From Nemertoderma westbladi (taxonomy: Eukaryota > Animalia > Xenacoelomorpha), in contig JAUCBJ010008467.1 of assembly GCA_032718475.1 (NCBI GenBank), forward strand, positions 81,092 through 145,091: DNA of 64,000 nt. Direction: 5' to 3'. A program made the translations under genes and the position numbers. Numbering within the stretch: the first letter of the stretch is position 1; every line of letters begins with the position of its first letter. The notes under the pieces were generated by a model. That model made no database searches and had not been told where the DNA came from. It saw only the letters and a list, made by a program, of their open reading frames with translations. Shown here piece after piece: positions 56,701-64,000 of the stretch.

Positions 56701-59700
56701 ACATTTGTACTTCAATGCTATGATCGCCCTACATTAATAACATTTGTACTTCAATGCCCATCTCGCCCTACAATAATAACATTTGTACTTCAATGCTATG
56801 CTCGGCCTACAATAATAACATTTGTACTTCAATGCTATGCTCGGGCTCGCCCTACAATAATAACATTTGTACTTCAATGCTATGCTCGCCCTACAATAAT
56901 AACATTTGTACTTCAATGCTATGCTCGCCCTACAATAATAACATTTGTACGTCAATGCTATGCTCGTCCTACAATAATAACATTTGTACTTCAATGCTAT
57001 GCTCGGGCTCGCCCTACAATAACAACATTTGTACTTCAATGCTATGCTCGGGCTACAATAATAACATGTGTACTTCAATGCTATGCTCGGGCTACAATAA
57101 TAACATTTGTACTTCAATGCTATGCTCGGGCTACAATAATAACATTTGTACTTCAATGCTATGCTCGGGCTCGCCCTACAATAATAACATTTGTACTTCA
57201 ATGCTATGCTCGGGCTACAATAATAACATTTGTACTACAATGCTATGCTCGGGCTCGCCCTATAATAATAACATTTGTACTTCAATGCTATGCTCGGGCT
57301 ACAATAATAACATTTGTACTTCAATGCTATGCTCGGGCTCGCCCTACAATAATAACATTTGTACTTCAATGCTATGCTCGCCCTACAATAATAACATTTG
57401 TACTTCAATGCTATGCTCGGGCTACAATAATAACATTTGTACTTCAATGCTATGCTCGGGCTACAGAAATAACATTTGTACTTCAATGCTATGCTCGGGC
57501 TCGCCCTACAATAATAACATTTGTACTTCAATGCTATGCTCGCCCTACAATAATAACATTTGTACTTCAATGCTATGCTCGCCCTACAATAATAACATTT
57601 GTACTTCAATGCTATGCTCGGGCTACAATAATAACATTTGTACTTCAATGCTATGCTCGCCCTACAATAATAACATTTGTACTTCAATGCTATGCTCGGG
57701 CTACAGAAATAACATTTGTACTTCAATGCTATGCTCGCCCTACAATAATAACATTTGTACTTCAATGCTATGCTCGCCCTACAATAATAACATTTGTACT
57801 TCAATGCTATGCTCGGGCTACAATAATAACATTTGTACTTCAATGCTATGCTCGGGCTCGCCCTACAATAATAACATTTCTACTTCAATGCTATGCTCGC
57901 CCTACAATAATAACATTTGTACTTCAATGCTATGCTCGGGCTCGCCCTACAATAATAACATTTGTACTTCAATGCTATGCTCGTCTACAATAATAACATT
58001 TGTACTTCAATGCTATGCTCGGGCTATAATAATAACATTTGTACTTCAATGCTATGCTCGGGCTACAATAATAACATTTGTACTTCAATGCTATGCTCGG
58101 GCTACAATAATAACATTTGTACTGCAATGCTATGCTCGGGCTCGCCCTTCAATAATAACATTTGTACTTCAATGCTATGCTCGCCCTACAATAATAACAT
58201 TTGTACTTCAATGCTATGCTCGGGCTCGCCCTACAATAATAACATTTGTACTTCAATGCTATGCTCGGGCTACAATAATAACATTTGTACTTCAATGCTA
58301 TGCTCGGGCTCGCCCTACAATAATAACATTTGTACTTCAATGCTATGCTCGGGCTACAATAATAACATTTGTACTGCAATGCTATGCTCGGGCTCGCCCT
58401 ACAATAATAACATTTGTACTTCAATGCTATGCTCGCCCTACAATAATAACATTTGTACTTCAATGCTATGCTCGGGCTCGCCCTACAATAATAACATTTG
58501 TACTTCAATGCTATGCTCGGGCTACAATAATAACATTTGTACTTCAATGCTATGCTCGGGCTCGCCCTACCATAATAACATTTGTACTTCAATGCTATGC
58601 TCGGGCTACAATAATAACATTTGTACTTCAATGCTATGCTCGGGCTACAATAATAACATTTGTACTTCAATGCTATGTTCGGGCTCGCCCTACAATAATA
58701 ACATTTGTACTTCAATGCTATGCTCGCCCTACATTAATAACATTCGTACTTCAATGCTATGCTCGGGCTCGCCCTACAATAATAACATTTGTACTTCAAT
58801 GCTATGCTCGGGCTACAATAATAACATTTGTACTTCAATGCTATGTTCGGGCTCGCCCTACAATAATAACATTTGTACTTCAATGCTATGATCGCCCTAC
58901 AATAATAACATTTGTACTTCAATGCTATGCTCGGGCTCGCCCTACAATAATAACATTTGTACTTCAATGCTATGCTCGGGCTACAATAATAACATTTGTA
59001 CTTCAATGCTATGCTCGGGCTACAATAATAACATTTGTACTTCAATGCTATGCTTGGGCTACAATAATAACATTTGTACTTCAATGCTATGCTCGGGCTC
59101 GCCCTACAATAATAACATTTGTACTTCAATGCTATGCTCGGGCTACATTAATAACATTTGTACTTCAATGCTATGCTCGGGCTACAATAATAACATTTGT
59201 ACTTCAATGCTATGCTCGGGCTCGCCCTACAATAATAACATTTGTACTTCAATGCTATGCTCGCCCTATAATAATAACATTTGTACTTCAATGCTATGCT
59301 CGGGCTCGCCCTACAATAATAACATTTGTACTTCAATGCTATGCTCGGGCTACAATAATAACATTTGTACTTCAATGCTATGCTCGGGCTACAATAATAA
59401 CATTTGTACTTCAACGCTATGCTCGGGCTACAATAATAACATTTGTACTTCAATGCTATGCTCGGGCTACAATAATAACATTTGTACTTCAATGCTATGC
59501 TCGGGCTCGCCCTACAATAATAACATTTGTACTTCAATGCTATGCTCGGGCTACAATAATAACATTTGTACTTCAATGCTATGCTCGGGCTACAATAATA
59601 ACATTTGTAATTCAATGCTATGCTCGGGCTACAATAATAACATTTGTAAGTCAATGCTATGCTCGGGCTACAATAATAACATTTGTACTTCAATGCTATG

Positions 59701-62700
59701 CTCGGGCTACAATAATAACATTTGTACGTCAATGCTATGCTCGGGCTACAATAATAACATTTGTACTTCAATGCTATGTTCGGGCTCGCCCTACAATAAT
59801 AACATTTGTACTTCAATGCTATGCTCGCCCTACATTAATAACATTTGTACTTCAATGCTATGCTCGGGCTCGCCCTACAATAATAACATTTGTACTTCAA
59901 TGCTATGCTCGGGCTACAATAATAACATTTGTACTTCAATGCTATGCTCGGGCTACAATAATAACATTTGTACTGCAATGCTATGCTCGGGCTCGCCCTT
60001 CAATAATAACAATTGTACTTCAATGCTATGCTCGGGCTCGCCCCCCTACAATAATAACATTTGTACTTCAATGCTGTGCTCGGGCTACAATAATAACATT
60101 TGTACTTCAATGCTATGCTCGCCCTACAATAATAACATTTGTACTTCAATGCTATGCTCGCCCTACAATAATAACATTTGTACTACAATGCTATGCTCGG
60201 GCTCGCCCTACAATAATAACATTTGTACTTCAATGCTATGCTCGCCCTACAATAATAACATTTGTACTACAATGCTATGCTCGGGCTACAATAATAACAT
60301 TTGTACTTCAATGCTATGCTCGCCCTACAATAATAACATTTGTACTTCAATGCTATGCTCGGGCTACAATAATAACATTTGTACTTCAATGCTATGCTCG
60401 GGCTCGCCCTACAATAATAACATTTGTACTTCAATGCTATGCTCGCCCTACAATAATAACATTTGTACTACAATGCTATGCTCGGGCTCGCCCTACAATA
60501 ATAACATTTGTACTTCAATGCTATGCTCGCCCTACAATAATAACATTTGTACTACAATGCTATGCTCGGGCTCGCCCTACAATAATAACATTTGTACTTC
60601 AATGCTATGCTCGCCCTACAATAATAACATTTGTACTACAAAGCTATGCTCGGGCTCGCCCTACAATAATAACATTTGTACTTCAATGCTATGCTCGGGC
60701 TACAATAATAACATTTGTACTTCAATGCTATGATCGCCCTACATTAATAACATTTGTACTTCAATGCCCATCTCGCCCTACAATAATAACATTTGTACTT
60801 CAATGCTATGCTCGGCCTACAATAATAACATTTGTACTTCAATGCTATGCTCGGGCTCGCCCTACAATAATAACATTTGTACTTCAATGCTATGCTCGCC
60901 CTACAATAATAACATTTGTACTTCAATGCTATGCTCGCCCTACAATAATAACATTTGTACGTCAATGCTATGCTCGTCCTACAATAATAACATTTGTACT
61001 TCAATGCTATGCTCGGGCTCGCCCTACAATAACAACATTTGTACTTCAATGCTATGCTCGGGCTACAATAATAACATGTGTACTTCAATGCTATGCTCGG
61101 GCTACAATAATAACATTTGTACTTCAATGCTATGCTCGGGCTACAATAATAACATTTGTACTTCAATGCTATGCTCGGGCTCGCCCTACAATAATAACAT
61201 TTGTACTTCAATGCTATGCTCGGGCTACAATAATAACATTTGTACTACAATGCTATGCTCGGGCTCGCCCTATAATAATAACATTTGTACTTCAATGCTA
61301 TGCTCGGGCTACAATAATAACATTTGTACTTCAATGCTATGCTCGGGCTCGCCCTACAATAATAACATTTGTACTTCAATGCTATGCTCGCCCTACAATA
61401 ATAACATTTGTACTTCAATGCTATGCTCGGGCTACAATAATAACATTTGTACTTCAATGCTATGCTCGGGCTACAGAAATAACATTTGTACTTCAATGCT
61501 ATGCTCGGGCTCGCCCTACAATAATAACATTTGTACTTCAATGCTATGCTCGCCCTACAATAATAACATTTGTACTTCAATGCTATGCTCGCCCTACAAT
61601 AATAACATTTGTACTTCAATGCTATGCTCGGGCTACAATAATAACATTTGTACTTCAATGCTATGCTCGCCCTACAATAATAACATTTGTACTTCAATGC
61701 TATGCTCGGGCTACAGAAATAACATTTGTACTTCAATGCTATGCTCGCCCTACAATAATAACATTTGTACTTCAATGCTATGCTCGCCCTACAATAATAA
61801 CATTTGTACTTCAATGCTATGCTCGGGCTACAATAATAACATTTGTACTTCAATGCTATGCTCGGGCTCGCCCTACAATAATAACATTTCTACTTCAATG
61901 CTATGCTCGCCCTACAATAATAACATTTGTACTTCAATGCTATGCTCGGGCTCGCCCTACAATAATAACATTTGTACTTCAATGCTATGCTCGTCTACAA
62001 TAATAACATTTGTACTTCAATGCTATGCTCGGGCTATAATAATAACATTTGTACTTCAATGCTATGCTCGGGCTACAATAATAACATTTGTACTTCAATG
62101 CTATGCTCGGGCTACAATAATAACATTTGTACTGCAATGCTATGCTCGGGCTCGCCCTTCAATAATAACATTTGTACTTCAATGCTATGCTCGCCCTACA
62201 ATAATAACATTTGTACTTCAATGCTATGCTCGGGCTCGCCCTACAATAATAACATTTGTACTTCAATGCTATGCTCGGGCTACAATAATAACATTTGTAC
62301 TTCAATGCTATGCTCGGGCTCGCCCTACAATAATAACATTTGTACTTCAATGCTATGCTCGGGCTACAATAATAACATTTGTACTGCAATGCTATGCTCG
62401 GGCTCGCCCTACAATAATAACATTTGTACTTCAATGCTATGCTCGCCCTACAATAATAACATTTGTACTTCAATGCTATGCTCGGGCTCGCCCTACAATA
62501 ATAACATTTGTACTTCAATGCTATGCTCGGGCTACAATAATAACATTTGTACTTCAATGCTATGCTCGGGCTCGCCCTACCATAATAACATTTGTACTTC
62601 AATGCTATGCTCGGGCTACAATAATAACATTTGTACTTCAATGCTATGCTCGGGCTACAATAATAACATTTGTACTTCAATGCTATGTTCGGGCTCGCCC

Positions 62701-64000
62701 TACAATAATAACATTTGTACTTCAATGCTATGCTCGCCCTACATTAATAACATTCGTACTTCAATGCTATGCTCGGGCTCGCCCTACAATAATAACATTT
62801 GTACTTCAATGCTATGCTCGGGCTACAATAATAACATTTGTACTTCAATGCTATGTTCGGGCTCGCCCTACAATAATAACATTTGTACTTCAATGCTATG
62901 ATCGCCCTACAATAATAACATTTGTACTTCAATGCTATGCTCGGGCTCGCCCTACAATAATAACATTTGTACTTCAATGCTATGCTCGGGCTACAATAAT
63001 AACATTTGTACTTCAATGCTATGCTCGGGCTACAATAATAACATTTGTACTTCAATGCTATGCTTGGGCTACAATAATAACATTTGTACTTCAATGCTAT
63101 GCTCGGGCTCGCCCTACAATAATAACATTTGTACTTCAATGCTATGCTCGGGCTACATTAATAACATTTGTACTTCAATGCTATGCTCGGGCTACAATAA
63201 TAACATTTGTACTTCAATGCTATGCTCGGGCTCGCCCTACAATAATAACATTTGTACTTCAATGCTATGCTCGCCCTATAATAATAACATTTGTACTTCA
63301 ATGCTATGCTCGGGCTCGCCCTACAATAATAACATTTGTACTTCAATGCTATGCTCGGGCTACAATAATAACATTTGTACTTCAATGCTATGCTCGGGCT
63401 ACAATAATAACATTTGTACTTCAACGCTATGCTCGGGCTACAATAATAACATTTGTACTTCAATGCTATGCTCGGGCTACAATAATAACATTTGTACTTC
63501 AATGCTATGCTCGGGCTCGCCCTACAATAATAACATTTGTACTTCAATGCTATGCTCGGGCTACAATAATAACATTTGTACTTCAATGCTATGCTCGGGC
63601 TACAATAATAACATTTGTAATTCAATGCTATGCTCGGGCTACAATAATAACATTTGTAAGTCAATGCTATGCTCGGGCTACAATAATAACATTTGTACTT
63701 CAATGCTATGCTCGGGCTACAATAATAACATTTGTACGTCAATGCTATGCTCGGGCTACAATAATAACATTTGTACTTCAATGCTATGTTCGGGCTCGCC
63801 CTACAATAATAACATTTGTACTTCAATGCTATGCTCGCCCTACATTAATAACATTTGTACTTCAATGCTATGCTCGGGCTCGCCCTACAATAATAACATT
63901 TGTACTTCAATGCTATGCTCGGGCTACAATAATAACATTTGTACTTCAATGCTATGCTCGGGCTACAATAATAACATTTGTACTGCAATGCTATGCTCGG
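53770..64000. repeat. Higher-order tandem repeat, period 4010 bp, about 2.5 copies, continuing past the window end
   Basis: ORF-track entries at 53952/57962/61972, 54139/58149/62159, 54724/58734/62744, 55138/59148/63158, 56734/60744 and 57235/61245. ATTTCTACT marker at 53870, 57880 and 61890. The 38-bp monomer (TCGTCTAC) is at 53971, 57981 and 61991. Confidence 0.96.

Larger units (their letters stand above)
1..64000. repeat. Tandem satellite/minisatellite array of 39/39/45-bp monomers (36-bp core + GGC, CCC or GGCTCGCCC linker), truncated at both window ends
   Basis: Core TACAATAATAACATTTGTACTTCAATGCTATGCTCG recurs head-to-tail on the same strand from base 1 to 64000, with only scattered substitutions and 1-3 bp indels. 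Consensus GC is 14/39 (39-mers) and 19/45 (45-mer). No non-repeat sequence seen. Confidence 0.99.

Noticed and set aside
7868-61995. Programmed frameshifting linking the two open plus-strand frames
   Set aside because: The 1-bp deletions trace to a few ancestral events copied by duplication, there is no slippery heptamer, and read-through follows trivially from two frames being stop-free.
210-63826. All ORFs in the six-frame track as protein-coding genes, including the 1700-2800 aa ones
   Set aside because: They are translations of the satellite in three overlapping frames on both strands. Starts and ends are set by sporadic SNPs and frameshifts, stops and frameshifts are themselves duplicated, and there are no unique domains.
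1-64000. CRISPR array (constant 36-bp repeat with variable intervening sequence)
   Set aside because: The intervening sequences are only 3 or 9 bp and of three recurring kinds, not unique 25-45 bp spacers. No leader or cas genes are present.
1-64000. Telomerase-type telomeric repeat
   Set aside because: The 39-45 bp unit is longer than telomerase repeats I know of, has no G-rich strand motif, and shows kb-scale duplications of point variants, which indicates recombinational amplification rather than templated addition. A subtelomeric location is not excluded.
1-64000. Rolling-circle or concatemer sequencing artefact, or synthetic data-storage DNA
   Set aside because: Rare variants are shared in nested hierarchical blocks with additive offsets and regional lineages, as expected from natural array evolution. 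Individual near-identical duplications could still be assembly errors.
1-64000. Transposon insertion, strand inversion, RNA gene, promoter or terminator hidden in the array
   Set aside because: No non-repeat segment or reverse-orientation monomer was seen. TAATAA-like and AATAAT motifs are simply parts of the monomer with nothing to regulate.

Overview
The whole 64,000-bp window is one uninterrupted, single-orientation tandem satellite/minisatellite array that runs off both ends. It holds roughly 1,550 monomers (estimated from a mean unit of about 41 bp). Each monomer has a constant 36-bp core, TACAATAATAACATTTGTACTTCAATGCTATGCTCG, followed by one of three linkers: GGC (39-bp 'G' type), CCC (39-bp 'P' type) or GGCTCGCCC (45-bp 'GP' type). 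The three types are interspersed like a three-letter code. Rare point variants and indels reveal nested, very recent segmental duplications (periods 279, 335, 693, 1056/1179, 1464, 2001, 3708, 3772, 4010, 5774, 5933, 6466 and 7160 bp) and about four regional sub-domains with private variants. All ORFs in the track are translations of the repeat: unit lengths are multiples of 3 and three of six frames lack stops. I do not support any of them as genes. I found no RNA genes, transposons, CRISPR array, inversion or unique sequence. It is most likely eukaryotic heterochromatic satellite DNA from a long-read assembly (inference). I do not recognise the family or organism and see no evidence for a new gene system; the interest lies in the array architecture and its readable history.
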